A stretch of 64,000 nucleotides of DNA from contig JAZRSW010000029.1 in assembly GCA_045651745.1 (NCBI GenBank), positions 10,674 to 74,673 on the forward strand, given 5' to 3'. Source of the DNA: Acutalibacteraceae bacterium (lineage in GTDB: Bacteria > Bacillota > Clostridia > Oscillospirales > Acutalibacteraceae). The notes beneath the pieces were generated by a model. The model searched no databases. It was given only the letters and a program-made list of their open reading frames with translations, and was not told where the DNA came from. Position 1 is the first letter of the stretch; each line of letters starts with the position of its first letter. This document shows, piece after piece, positions 36,203 to 46,335 of this stretch. Made by a program: the position numbers and the translations under genes.

Positions 36203-36237
36203 ATAAAAAACAGCAACGCTCTGACGTTGCTGTTTTT
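36203..36237 (-). terminator. Intrinsic terminator after the 304-aa acidic protein gene
   Basis: AAAAACAGCAACG-6 nt-CGTTGCTGTTTTT with runs on both sides. Lies 9 nt downstream of the stop at 36246. Confidence 0.8.
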
Positions 36238-36245
36238 GAAAAATT

Positions 36246-37160
36246 TTAGAATAAACTACCCAAACTTAAACCAGAACTGCTAATCCATCTACCGTCAACT
36301 TTATAAACGTTGATAGTCATATCTCTCTCTTCAGGTTCATCAAGTTCACTGCCGGTAAGGATGACGGTAACTTCAAGTTCATAACCGTCGGTAACCTTTG
36401 CGCTTTTAAGCGCTTTTCCGAGTTTTTCCACAGATTTAATAAACTTTTTGGCTTTCGACTTTTCACCGTCAAAACCCATTTCGTCAGCCATATCTTCCCA
36501 ATCATCCGAATCATAATCTTCGGTTAACTCTGCAACGCTTTCCAAAGATTTTGCTGTATCGCGAAGTTCATCTCTGAACTCCTTTAAGTCATCCTTTTCA
36601 AGCTTTTCTTTGTAGGTAATTTTATAGGTATACTTATAATTCTTGCCGTATTCGTCCTTCAAATCTTCAATTTCATCTTTGAAATCGTCTTTTTCGTCTT
36701 CAATATTGTCTTTATACTCATCAGTAGACTTATAAAGTTTAACAATTTCTTTCATCTCATCTTCGCAGAAACCGTTAAGCATATCGAGTGAGCGGTCATA
36801 ACTTGTGTAATATGTTTTTGCGTTAGCATACTTTTGCATTGTCTTGATAGGTGTCTTGTAACTGTTGGCCAAAGCACCAACAACCAATACAAGTGCTACG
36901 ATAACCACAACTAAACCTACCAGGCCTCCGCCAAGAATGATGCTGTATTTTTTTACATCACTCTTGAACAATTCAATTCCTTTTTGTACCAAAGCTTTAG
37001 CCTTTTCAAAAATTCCTTTTCCTTTTTCGAGAATTTCAGTTTTTGTGTCTTTTACAGGTAGTTCCGCTTCTTGTGTGACTACTTCTTCAGCAACAACTTC
37101 TTCAGCAACAGTCTCTTGAACGACTTCCTGGTTATTCATTTCTTGATTATTGTTTTCCAT
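36246..37160 (-). CDS. Bitopic membrane protein with acidic low-complexity regions (hypothetical)
   Basis: Acidic N-terminus with EEVVAEEVV repeats, one TM helix (LGGGLVGLVVVIVALVLVVGAL), and a K/E/D-rich external domain. Confidence 0.6.
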   Translation of the reverse strand: MENNNQEMNNQEVVQETVAEEVVAEEVVTQEAELPVKDTKTEILEKGKGIFEKAKALVQKGIELFKSDVKKYSIILGGGLVGLVVVIVALVLVVGALANSYKTPIKTMQKYANAKTYYTSYDRSLDMLNGFCEDEMKEIVKLYKSTDEYKDNIEDEKDDFKDEIEDLKDEYGKNYKYTYKITYKEKLEKDDLKEFRDELRDTAKSLESVAELTEDYDSDDWEDMADEMGFDGEKSKAKKFIKSVEKLGKALKSAKVTDGYELEVTVILTGSELDEPEERDMTINVYKVDGRWISSSGLSLGSLF

Positions 37161-37222
37161 ATCAATACTCCCCCTCTTGAATTTGATTTGTATTATATGA
37201 CAACACTTTTGCCACTACATTA

Positions 37223-37251
37223 ATAATACCAAAGCCGATATTTATTGTCAA
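37223..37251 (-). promoter_or_regulatory. Possible internal promoter for 36246-37160
   Basis: Minus strand reads TTGACA (37251-37246), a 17-nt spacer, then TATTAT (37228-37223). Confidence 0.35.
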
Positions 37252-37254
37252 TAT

Positions 37255-38409
37255 TTACCTTTTAATTTTGATATATAAACTTACATGTTTCTTGACCAAC
37301 TTTGTCGCTACTGCCAGCGCTACAACGACAACGGAATACGCTAACATGTATAACTTATATTCCGTACTGTATATGGCGTATATATAATACGCAGGCGGAA
37401 ACAAGCGTCCAAATGCCATAGTTTCGCTAAAATCAAAAAACACAGGACACAACGCCACCATCAAAACTACAAACAACGGAACAACTGCCGAATACAGTTT
37501 GACTGACGGGAATAACTCCATCAAAAGCAAACAAAATGCGGTGCAACAGATACAGTAAAGCATCATACATAATAACTCGTTTAAAAATGACGTTGCAAGC
37601 GAAGAAATGAACAGTGCTAAAAGCACCACAATCGCGATATTAAACACCGCAATCAAAATGCAGGCGGAAGAAACCAAAAGCTTTCGGTTTTCCTGAACCA
37701 AAGAAAACGTTCCGCGTTTTTCATCATCCATATAGAACATTGCCGCCGCCATACCGCAAAGCGCCATTAAAACTGCAAGTATGCCTCTTATCGGTGATGT
37801 CAAATACCCGACATTCTCGTTGTCAGCAGTGTTACTCACGTTGCCGAAAGTAAACAATTCCTCGGTTATGGCTACATTCTCATAATAGTTTAGCAACTGT
37901 TCATCCGTCAAATTGTCAAGCGCGCTTATGTTAGTACGAGCATAATCAATATAGCAAGCCCTCGCACAGTATCCAAACATTATAGCGGTCAGTTTTTCTC
38001 TTGATATTTGCGAAAAAACTGTTTTCTCTCGCTCTATAACCTTTATAAACGGTTTTTTATTAGAGTCAACACCTGAATAAGCGTTGATTTTCTCCTCAAT
38101 ACCGCCCGGGAAAATCCAAACCGCATCCGCTTGACCGCTTTTTACCATACCAACTGCGTCAGCCGGGCTTTCAACAGCAGAGAAGTTTATAAGTGTATTA
38201 TCCTGCAACAATTCATCAACTATTTTTGTGGCTACTACGTCATTTGCGTCCTCTTTGGTTAAAACAACCTTAATAAAACCACTGTCCTGCTTCGCCGCGA
38301 AACTTACGGCGAGGGCAAAAACGGGGATTGCCAACATTATGGCTAAAAAGGCGACTTTTTTATAAAGACGTTTGCTTAACATTAACGCCCATTTAAGCAA
38401 TCTTTGCAT
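37255..38409 (-). CDS. ABC-2-type transporter permease
   Basis: N-terminal TM helix, a large external loop, then a C-terminal cluster of TM helices. ATG at 38409 follows AGGGGGTG by 5 nt and is preferred over 38430. Confidence 0.65.
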   Translation of the reverse strand: MQRLLKWALMLSKRLYKKVAFLAIMLAIPVFALAVSFAAKQDSGFIKVVLTKEDANDVVATKIVDELLQDNTLINFSAVESPADAVGMVKSGQADAVWIFPGGIEEKINAYSGVDSNKKPFIKVIEREKTVFSQISREKLTAIMFGYCARACYIDYARTNISALDNLTDEQLLNYYENVAITEELFTFGNVSNTADNENVGYLTSPIRGILAVLMALCGMAAAMFYMDDEKRGTFSLVQENRKLLVSSACILIAVFNIAIVVLLALFISSLATSFLNELLCMMLYCICCTAFCLLLMELFPSVKLYSAVVPLFVVLMVALCPVFFDFSETMAFGRLFPPAYYIYAIYSTEYKLYMLAYSVVVVALAVATKLVKKHVSLYIKIKR

Positions 38410-39643
38410 TATGCCACCCCCTGTTGCCAATTGTTTTCAGATTGCGCACCAACATTGTTACAACCAAAAACAAAACTGTAAAAACAACAATACCGAGCAA
38501 TTGCAAACCACTGTCTGCTCTTGTAAAATGCCCTTGTAAAAAGCCCCTTGCAATACCCGTTGGAACAAACGACGATATTTTTTGCAAAACTACCGGCAAC
38601 GAGTAAACGGGGTAAAAACAGCCCGAAACATAACACATTGCCATACTTATAAAGAAGTGCAAGACCGCGCCGTTGACAAGTGTTTCTGACAGTTCAAATA
38701 TCATCATATTAAACGCCGAAATCATTAAAACAACTATGACCAACCTCGTCAAAAACAGAGGCAACTCGCCGATTTGGGACGCTATGATATCCTGCTTGCC
38801 CAAAATAACCAAGACAATGATACCAAGACTAAGCAAAATGAAAATCAATATCATCAAAACAACAAAATGCGCACCGAATTCGCTGGAAATTTGCCTTTTG
38901 TTGTTATTTCCTTTTGATATTAAAAGAGTGTTAAGCGATAAATCTTTTTTAATGCCAACCGTAACGAAAGAAATGCTTATAAGTAATATTAAAAAGACCG
39001 AAAGAGCGCAAATATAATACTCTTTAGTGGTAATTCCTTTGGAAATGCCAAGTTCTTCAACCACTAAAACTTCTGACCTTGAAAAAACCAAATTTACATA
39101 TTCCAAACTGAGTTCATTCATATACTTGCCGTAAGGGTCATTTATGCCGTTTTGCGTTACGGCTTCGTCAATTCCGTAAGTTCCTTTTTGGCTTTCGACA
39201 ACAATATCTGTAATAAGACCTGTTACCTCATTTTTAAACATACTGACTGCGTTTTGAGAAGCAACACTTGTTACGTACACAACCTTGTCGACATCACCGT
39301 AAATAGCTCTCTCGATGAAATCCTCAGGCAGTATAACGTATGCCGAAATAGAGCCGTTTTTTAAAGCAACCTCGGCGTCGGCAGTTGTCATTTCAACTAT
39401 TTCCATAGAAAAACGGGTGTCGTCAAAATTCTGTAAAACAGACATTCCAAGTTGTGTATATTGGTCGTCGGTATCACCCGTTATGGCAACTTTAAAACGT
39501 TGTTTATCTTCACTGTTTTGAGTTATCGTGGCAACTCCCGAAACAACTATAAACACGCCGACAAGCATTGCCGCCGTAACGGCCAAAATAAACGGCAGTA
39601 TTTTAAAATTGCGCTTTAACTGTAAATAAAAATATTTTCTCAT
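38393..39643 (-). CDS. ABC-2-type transporter permease
   Basis: Same topology as its neighbour. Start lies 1 nt after the ATPase stop. Confidence 0.65.
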   Translation of the reverse strand: MRKYFYLQLKRNFKILPFILAVTAAMLVGVFIVVSGVATITQNSEDKQRFKVAITGDTDDQYTQLGMSVLQNFDDTRFSMEIVEMTTADAEVALKNGSISAYVILPEDFIERAIYGDVDKVVYVTSVASQNAVSMFKNEVTGLITDIVVESQKGTYGIDEAVTQNGINDPYGKYMNELSLEYVNLVFSRSEVLVVEELGISKGITTKEYYICALSVFLILLISISFVTVGIKKDLSLNTLLISKGNNNKRQISSEFGAHFVVLMILIFILLSLGIIVLVILGKQDIIASQIGELPLFLTRLVIVVLMISAFNMMIFELSETLVNGAVLHFFISMAMCYVSGCFYPVYSLPVVLQKISSFVPTGIARGFLQGHFTRADSGLQLLGIVVFTVLFLVVTMLVRNLKTIGNRGWHNAKIA

Positions 39644-39644
39644 A

Positions 39645-40313
39645 TTACAAGTTCTTCACCAATTCTTCAATATTGCCGGTATATTGAAACTTTTCAAGGA
39701 CGCCATCCTTGATGATATACCACTCGTCGCAAAGTTCCAATTCTATTACGTCATGTGTGGCTATAAGCACAATACCGCCGTCTTGCTTATGTTTGTTTAT
39801 ATATTCGGAAATTTTTTGCTTGCAGGCAATATCAAGCGCCGCCATAGGCTCATCCAAAATCAATATCGGCGGTTTTTTCGAAATCGCGCAACCTATTGCC
39901 AACCTTTTTTTCATACCGCCCGACATTTTTGAAACCTGCGTTTTTAAAAAAGCATCTATCCCGAGCATTTTTAAAACGCCGTTTTCGAGCTGACTTTTCA
40001 TTTCTTTCCTTGTATACCACAAAGAAAGGTTGTCTTTGGCGTTAAGTTCCTCGATAAGCGGTGTTCCCTGCGGTACGTAAGCCACAAGTGCTTGCCTTTG
40101 ACTCTTATATTTGAATAAATCCTTACCGTCATACAAAAACGAACCGCCATCGGCAGTCTGAACGGCAGCGAGAATTGAAAGCAACGTTGATTTGCCGCAA
40201 CCATTACTTCCCAAAATTCCTATACATTTGCCCGACTCGACGGTAAGATTTATATCCTTCAACACCGACTTCTTGCCGTATTTCTTTTTTATGCCGTTAA
40301 TCTCAATCTTCAT
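39645..40313 (-). CDS. ABC transporter ATP-binding protein
   Basis: Walker A GSNGCGKST, signature MSGGMKKRL, Walker B ILILDEP. ATG at 40313 follows GGAG by 6 nt; 40325 is an alternative. Confidence 0.85.
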   Translation of the reverse strand: MKIEINGIKKKYGKKSVLKDINLTVESGKCIGILGSNGCGKSTLLSILAAVQTADGGSFLYDGKDLFKYKSQRQALVAYVPQGTPLIEELNAKDNLSLWYTRKEMKSQLENGVLKMLGIDAFLKTQVSKMSGGMKKRLAIGCAISKKPPILILDEPMAALDIACKQKISEYINKHKQDGGIVLIATHDVIELELCDEWYIIKDGVLEKFQYTGNIEELVKNL

Positions 40314-40410
40314 AAAATGCTCCATAAAAACATGTGGCGCCGATTAGTTATAATCAGCGCCATATATTTAGAATTATCTTGTCAAAACACCTGATATGGC
40401 GGACATTTCT

Positions 40411-42300
40411 TTATCCTGCATAATCGAAATTGTAATCGTAATCAAAGTCACCGTAACCTGCGTCACCGTAATAATCATTACCATAACCGTCATTACCATA
40501 GCCGTAATCAGGGGTGCTTGCGCCGTTGATATAGTATTCCAATATGCTGATAAGGTCTTCAGGCACACCTGCATCTTTTAATGCGGTGGTGATTTTTGTA
40601 AGGTCAAGTTCACTTGCCCATTCATCAGCCATGGTGCTATCCAAGGTCTTATCTCTTTCCGGCATGGATACCTTTTGAGGCTCGGTCTCGGTTGCTTCAA
40701 TTGTAATTCCGAAGAATGTTTTATCCTTGCTTATAACGTCAACCGAAAGTTTTGCGGTTTCCTTGGTGCTTGCAAAGTCAAGTTCAAGCCCCAAATCGAG
40801 AAGTTCGATTGCGCTTAACACTGAGCTGTCGGGGATGGCAAGTTTGAGCGCCTCTTTTGTGGGTTTAACAGAAATTTTACCACTCACAATCCCGTCTTTA
40901 ATTTTAGAATCATCATAATCGGTAACGCTAATGGTAGCGTACTCTTTTGTAGCAACCGTCACGGTGTATTTTGCGTTTACAACGCCCTTAACCTCGGCAC
41001 CTTCACCTTTTATAACAAAGTTACGACAAACAAGCTCGGATGCAAAATCGTCGCCGTCCTTTGCTGTGGCGTAATAAAAAATTTCTATACCCTTAACTTC
41101 GATTGTACGACCTACGATTTTATGAGATTTATCAACGTAATCAATGATTGTTACTACGTCTTCATTTTCATAATCCAACTCATTAATTTCATCTAATAAG
41201 TCTTCAATTCCCTCTTTATATCCACCGTAAAGTTCGTTGGTACTTTCAAGTAAACCTTCTTTTTTGAGGTATTTGGCAATACTATCAAGTTGCTTTTTAA
41301 TGTCTTTGTCGTTCTTGGCTTCCTTTAAGACGTTCTTTGCAATCTTAATAGCGGCTTTTGTGTCAAGATTAAACTCAAGCACAACAACATCCTGCTCGAT
41401 ACCGCCAATCTCAAGAGTATCCTTGGACTTCTCAACGTCGTTCAATTCGTTAACGACAATTTCAAGATATTTGTCAATAATCTTATCTAATTCGTCATCA
41501 GAAGGCAATGCTTTGAGGAACTCGTCGTCATATAAAAACTTCTGATAATCAATAGCGACGGCATCATTGCCGGCTTCAAGTTTAAGATACTTGTCACTCA
41601 ACGACAAAACAGCAACGTAGAACTCCTGCTTGCTCATATTAGCAATAGTTGTCAAATCCACAATTGTTTTGCCGGATATTTCAAGGCCTGTTTCACTCAA
41701 ATAAACATCGTCTTTAACGTTAATTTTCTGGTTTATGGCAATGTTCTTCAACCAATCCAAATTCATATCAGGACCTACGTAATTTTTCAAAAGGTCGAGA
41801 ACTTCATCGCTGACGTTAAACTTAATTTTACCTTGTGAAGCGCTATCCTTGCCAAAACTGTCAACAACCTTGCCGTAATAATCGGTAATATCGTGTGTTG
41901 AGTTTTTTAACTCCTGCAACTCAACATATTTAAAATAATCGTCAGCACTGCCGAAATTTTTAAGGAAAAATCCCTGAATTTCGGTAAAGAATATAGCGAC
42001 AGCAACTGCAGCCGCTGCGATAACGGCTAAAACAGTGATAAGTATGGGTAACCAAACCTTCTTTTTCTTTTTGGGTGTGTCAAACTCAACCTCTGCAAAG
42101 GTATTGTCAGCGGTTTCTGCCTCGACGTTTTCAACCTCAACATTTTCTGCCTCAGTCTCAACCACAGGCTCTGCAACCGTTTCCTCAAGAACTGCTGTTT
42201 CTTCTACCGAAGTTTCGGCAACTTCAGCCACAGGTTCTCCGCAAGAAGCGCAGAATTTTGCATCCTCATTAAGTGGTGCTCCGCATTTAATACAATTCAT
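40411..42300 (-). CDS. Zinc-ribbon / single-TM protein with a large extracytoplasmic domain and a Tyr-Gly-Asp-rich tail
   Basis: MNCIKCGAPLNEDAKFCASCG zinc ribbon, an acidic linker, a TM helix (WLPILITVLAVIAAAAVAVAIFF), a ~500-aa domain, and a C-terminus DYGYGNDGYGNDYYGDAGYGDFDYDYNFDYAG. Confidence 0.65.
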   Translation of the reverse strand: MNCIKCGAPLNEDAKFCASCGEPVAEVAETSVEETAVLEETVAEPVVETEAENVEVENVEAETADNTFAEVEFDTPKKKKKVWLPILITVLAVIAAAAVAVAIFFTEIQGFFLKNFGSADDYFKYVELQELKNSTHDITDYYGKVVDSFGKDSASQGKIKFNVSDEVLDLLKNYVGPDMNLDWLKNIAINQKINVKDDVYLSETGLEISGKTIVDLTTIANMSKQEFYVAVLSLSDKYLKLEAGNDAVAIDYQKFLYDDEFLKALPSDDELDKIIDKYLEIVVNELNDVEKSKDTLEIGGIEQDVVVLEFNLDTKAAIKIAKNVLKEAKNDKDIKKQLDSIAKYLKKEGLLESTNELYGGYKEGIEDLLDEINELDYENEDVVTIIDYVDKSHKIVGRTIEVKGIEIFYYATAKDGDDFASELVCRNFVIKGEGAEVKGVVNAKYTVTVATKEYATISVTDYDDSKIKDGIVSGKISVKPTKEALKLAIPDSSVLSAIELLDLGLELDFASTKETAKLSVDVISKDKTFFGITIEATETEPQKVSMPERDKTLDSTMADEWASELDLTKITTALKDAGVPEDLISILEYYINGASTPDYGYGNDGYGNDYYGDAGYGDFDYDYNFDYAG

Positions 42301-42442
42301 AATTTCACCCGAGCAGTTTTACCCGCTCTCTCCTCTCCTAATTTGTAATTTAATTATACATCTTACATCTTATGTTTGCAACAGTTTTTTAGTAATGCCA
42401 CAGTTGTTATTGCCATATTATGACTTATTACGCATTAAATTG

Positions 42443-43201
42443 CTAAAATGCCGTTTCTTTAGAAAACTCTCTGATACTGCAGCCATTCACCCTTTTAAAC
42501 CATTGAGAAAAGTATGATAACGAGGAAAATCCTAAAATTTGCACAATCTCTTTAGAACTTTTTCCGCCGGTTAACAGCTCTTTCGCTTTTTGAAGCTTTA
42601 ACTCATTGTAATATTTTTTTATACTTTCACCGGTATACCGTTTAAAAGCCTTTTTCAATGTTGTTTCACATACGTTACAGTGGCGTGCCATTTCCGCAAT
42701 ACATAACATACGATTTTGGGTTTCGACCATAAAGTTGACCGTATCACGATATAAAAGCGCGTCGGATTGCTCGGAAAACATGGGAGTAAGGTTGCTTTTT
42801 TTGGTGCGCAAAATCAAAGCATTAAAAAGGATTTCTGCTATTGTATAATCCGGTTGAGATTGCTCAATTTCATCAATAAAAATATTCGCAAGCAACATAT
42901 CAAGGTGTTTCAAACTATGCAACGAGAAGAAATCTTTTGTAAGGTTCGAATCTTTTAAAGTAAAATGCACCGATAAAAACTCGGTATCATTATTTGAAAT
43001 AACTCTGTCACAATGAAACATCATAGGCGACCAAAGCGCCATATCGCCGGGGCTGAGTTGTATAACATTTTCGTTTATAGTAACCTCTAATTTCCCTTTA
43101 AGCACTATATTCACTTCATAAGTGTCATGCGTATGCCCTTTGAAATTATGTGTATTATCAAATACAAAATGGTAATATTTAATTATTTTATCAATTTTCA
43201 T
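42443..43201 (-). CDS. AraC-family transcriptional regulator
   Basis: Cupin-like N-terminal half. C-terminal HTH_18 (ARHCNVCETTLKKAFKRYTGESIKKYYNELKLQKAKELL...ILGFSSLSYFSQWFKR). Confidence 0.85.
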   Translation of the reverse strand: MKIDKIIKYYHFVFDNTHNFKGHTHDTYEVNIVLKGKLEVTINENVIQLSPGDMALWSPMMFHCDRVISNNDTEFLSVHFTLKDSNLTKDFFSLHSLKHLDMLLANIFIDEIEQSQPDYTIAEILFNALILRTKKSNLTPMFSEQSDALLYRDTVNFMVETQNRMLCIAEMARHCNVCETTLKKAFKRYTGESIKKYYNELKLQKAKELLTGGKSSKEIVQILGFSSLSYFSQWFKRVNGCSIREFSKETAF

Positions 43202-43317
43202 AACGTCACCTTCGCGTCTAAAATATAAACTTTTATGCCTTAAAACGAATTTACTTGATATTTTATTATATTATAATGATTTTATAATAAATTTTCAAGT
43301 AATGAGGGTGTATAAAA

Positions 43318-45165
43318 ATGTATTATGTAAAAGTTTCTACAATTAATGGCGTTGAGGCCGAATTCACTTTACCCGAAATAAAAGAGCAGATTTGTGAAAA
43401 CAATGGTATAACAGTTAGCATAAGTCAAGAAAACAAATGTTGGAAAATTAAAGCCGATTGTGAAACCGATGAAATTTGCCGTGTAATTCATCGTTATACC
43501 ACACCTTTGCGCAATTTCAACAGTGTAATAGTGCCGGATGGTGGCCGTGAGTATCCTACAACGATACATACTATTAATTTTTGGAGTTTTAAACGCGAAT
43601 CGTTGGTTTCAAACGTCAGAACACCGTTATATATTTTTTGCGGTCAAAATAATAATGCATCGTTTTGCTTTGGCGTTATCGGTAAAGATTATGAAAGAGC
43701 TTTCAGATGTGTTGAACCTTTTAATAGTCGAGCACTCCTTGCCTATTCCCGCAAGTTAACCGTTGAAGTAGATTGCAAAATTCCGCAAGAATATAGAAAC
43801 AACTCTTATGAAGAACTATTGTATTTGAGAGATACTAAAGAAGATTGTGAGATTCCGTGGACAGAACAACTTTCTGAGTTTTATGATATCAGAATACAAA
43901 AAGACGGCAGCCTTTATCCTTATGTAAAAAAAGGTATGATGCCACTTTGGTGCAGTTGGACCGATTGGTTTTCTGATGACGTTACAGAAGAAGTTATAAT
44001 GGACAATGTAAAGGCAGGTATGGAATTAGGAATAACCAACTATATCATCGATGACGGTTGGTTCGGTCCCGGACTTGATAATCCTTATGAAGTTCGTCTT
44101 AATATAGGCGATTGGGAGTGCGACCCTAAAAAAATCAAAGACCTTAAATCTCTTTCAAAGCGCATACACGACGCAGGCGCAAATGCTATAATCTGGTGCG
44201 CTCCCCACGCGGTTGGTATAGACGCTAAATGCCGTAAAGAAAGATTGCCGTATTTAATGAAAGACGAAAAAGGAGAACTCATCGAAACACCAAACAAGTT
44301 TAATATTCTTTGTTTGCGTAGCCCCGAGTCAAGAGAAATAATGGCTCAAATTTGCGCCGACCTTATTACAAAATATGATACAGACGGCGCAAAATACGAC
44401 CTTTATAACTGCATACCGGCGACAAAGTGTTGTTCCTGTGAGCATGAGCATGACACAGACTCAATGGTAATTGGTCTCGAAAGAACTATGAAGGCTATTT
44501 GGGATAAGGTTTATGAAACCAAGCAAGATTATATCGTCGAGCTAAAGCAAAACTATGGCGGTAGCAATCTCGCGACATTCGGTACAATGATGCGAGCTGG
44601 AGATACTCCCTATTGTCCCGAAGGCAATTTTATGCGCACGGCATATATCCAAGCATATACTCCGTATGCTATAAATGATTATCAAACCATTTCAAATAAT
44701 GATACGCCTTTATCAAATTCAAGGGTTATTATCAAAATGATTGCAGTGGGCATTCCTACTTATTCAATGGATATAACAAAATTAAGTAAGGAAAATAAAC
44801 AGGTCGTTAAATTCCTTAATAACTGGTATATTGAAAACATAGTAGAAAAAGAGCACTACAAGCGCCACGCCATTACTGCTTCACTTGATACGTGGGCAAT
44901 ATACCGTGAAACCGAGGATATATATTTCCTTTTAAACACCGCCCAGAACTTAACGTTGAAGAATAAAGATTTTCAAATTTTAAACGGTTGTTTCAACAAT
45001 TTTGTTGTATTAAAATCCGAAGAAAAAGCAGAGTTTGAATTAAAATATTATGATGTTTTTGGAAATCTTTATAAAACCGAAACAAAGAATCTATATAACG
45101 GTGTAGAGATTGATAAGGCAACATCTCTTGTAACCGGTCGATACCTTGGTAGTACAAACAAATAA
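43318..45165 (+). CDS. Clan-D alpha-galactosidase-like glycoside hydrolase (GH36-like)
   Basis: NYIIDDGWFGP...IGDWECDPKKI...AIIWCAPH...DGAKYDLYN parallels the DDGWF / KWDxN pattern of GH27/36 enzymes. Divergent from the AraC gene. Confidence 0.55.
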   Translation: MYYVKVSTINGVEAEFTLPEIKEQICENNGITVSISQENKCWKIKADCETDEICRVIHRYTTPLRNFNSVIVPDGGREYPTTIHTINFWSFKRESLVSNVRTPLYIFCGQNNNASFCFGVIGKDYERAFRCVEPFNSRALLAYSRKLTVEVDCKIPQEYRNNSYEELLYLRDTKEDCEIPWTEQLSEFYDIRIQKDGSLYPYVKKGMMPLWCSWTDWFSDDVTEEVIMDNVKAGMELGITNYIIDDGWFGPGLDNPYEVRLNIGDWECDPKKIKDLKSLSKRIHDAGANAIIWCAPHAVGIDAKCRKERLPYLMKDEKGELIETPNKFNILCLRSPESREIMAQICADLITKYDTDGAKYDLYNCIPATKCCSCEHEHDTDSMVIGLERTMKAIWDKVYETKQDYIVELKQNYGGSNLATFGTMMRAGDTPYCPEGNFMRTAYIQAYTPYAINDYQTISNNDTPLSNSRVIIKMIAVGIPTYSMDITKLSKENKQVVKFLNNWYIENIVEKEHYKRHAITASLDTWAIYRETEDIYFLLNTAQNLTLKNKDFQILNGCFNNFVVLKSEEKAEFELKYYDVFGNLYKTETKNLYNGVEIDKATSLVTGRYLGSTNK

Positions 45166-45277
45166 TAATAAATTGTTAAAGAAAAACGTTCTCCTTCATA
45201 CCGAGAGCGTCTTTCTTTTACTGCTGATGTGCTCGAAAATATAAGGTATATCCTTATTTAAAATACCCGACGATTTA

Positions 45278-45306
45278 TTGACTTTTTCGACAAAAAATGC
45301 TAATAT
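45278..45306 (+). promoter_or_regulatory. Putative promoter
   Basis: TTGACT (45278-45283), 17-nt spacer, TAATAT (45301-45306). Confidence 0.45.
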
Positions 45307-45380
45307 AAAAAAGCGGAAACCGAATTCGGTTTATTAAATGAGGGGGAACTTGTGTTTTACTAAAAACGCAAGAAAGAAAA

Positions 45381-46217
45381 ATGTTTATAAAAGAATTTTT
45401 AGGGTTTTCAGGGGCGGACGGTACATCATATTGGCGTGAACCCGAGGGCGCATATACCTGGCAGCACTTAACCTTTGTAACAAGTTTACTTATAGTAATG
45501 GCGGTTTTGGCGGTTATTTTCGGTCGCGCTTTCAAAAATAAACCCGACAAAGAAAAGAACAAGGTTTTAATTTGGTCGGCAATTCTTATCGACGGGTTTG
45601 AGATTTTTAAAATAATTGTTCTCTGCGCTAAAAGTGACAGTCCTGACCGTTGGCAAACATTACTGCCTTTGTTTTTGTGCAGTATACAGTTGTTTGCATT
45701 GCCGTTGGCGGCATTTACCAAAAATCGACTTAAAGAAGCGTCGTTGGATTTTGTTATGATTTTCGGTATTTTGGGCGCAATTGTCGGCACATACGGTGCG
45801 GCTCAAAACTATAACGCTTATCCCATTTTCTCAATCGAGAACATTTCGTCAGGCGTTACCCATACGATTTCGGGTTTTGCTTCATTATATATAATGATAA
45901 GCGGTATGCACAGTATGAAAAAGAAAAACATATCTATCACTTGCCTTATACTCGGTTTCTTCTGTGCGCTGGCGTATGTCGTAAACATCCTCATTGATTA
46001 CAATTATATGTTCTTGATGAACCACGACGGCACACCGTATCAAATTTTCTATGATTTAGTCGGCGGGCACAAAGTTTTATATCCGCTTATAGTTGTGGGA
46101 TTATTTGTAGTTTACATAGTCGCCTTTTACGGCATTTACTATGCCGTTTGCAACAAACACAAACAGTCGACAACAGAAACAATAGAGCAAGAAAAAGAAC
46201 CAGTATTAATGAAGTAA
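45381..46217 (+). CDS. Integral membrane protein (YwaF/TIGR02206-like)
   Basis: 278 aa with about 7 TM segments. Weak RBS, so the start is uncertain. Confidence 0.5.
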   Translation: MFIKEFLGFSGADGTSYWREPEGAYTWQHLTFVTSLLIVMAVLAVIFGRAFKNKPDKEKNKVLIWSAILIDGFEIFKIIVLCAKSDSPDRWQTLLPLFLCSIQLFALPLAAFTKNRLKEASLDFVMIFGILGAIVGTYGAAQNYNAYPIFSIENISSGVTHTISGFASLYIMISGMHSMKKKNISITCLILGFFCALAYVVNILIDYNYMFLMNHDGTPYQIFYDLVGGHKVLYPLIVVGLFVVYIVAFYGIYYAVCNKHKQSTTETIEQEKEPVLMK

Positions 46218-46221
46218 TAAC

Positions 46222-46260
46222 AAAAACGGATTGGAAGCTAGACTTCCAATCCGTTTTTTA
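46222..46260. terminator. Bidirectional intrinsic terminator
   Basis: AAAAACGGATTGGAAG-ctaga-CTTCCAATCCGTTTTTT lies between convergent genes. Confidence 0.8.
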
Positions 46261-46335
46261 TTTTGTCACAGACAAAACAACAAGCACCCCAAAAGCATCT
46301 GACTTTTGGGGCTTATCCCTTTAAAGCGGTGTTGT

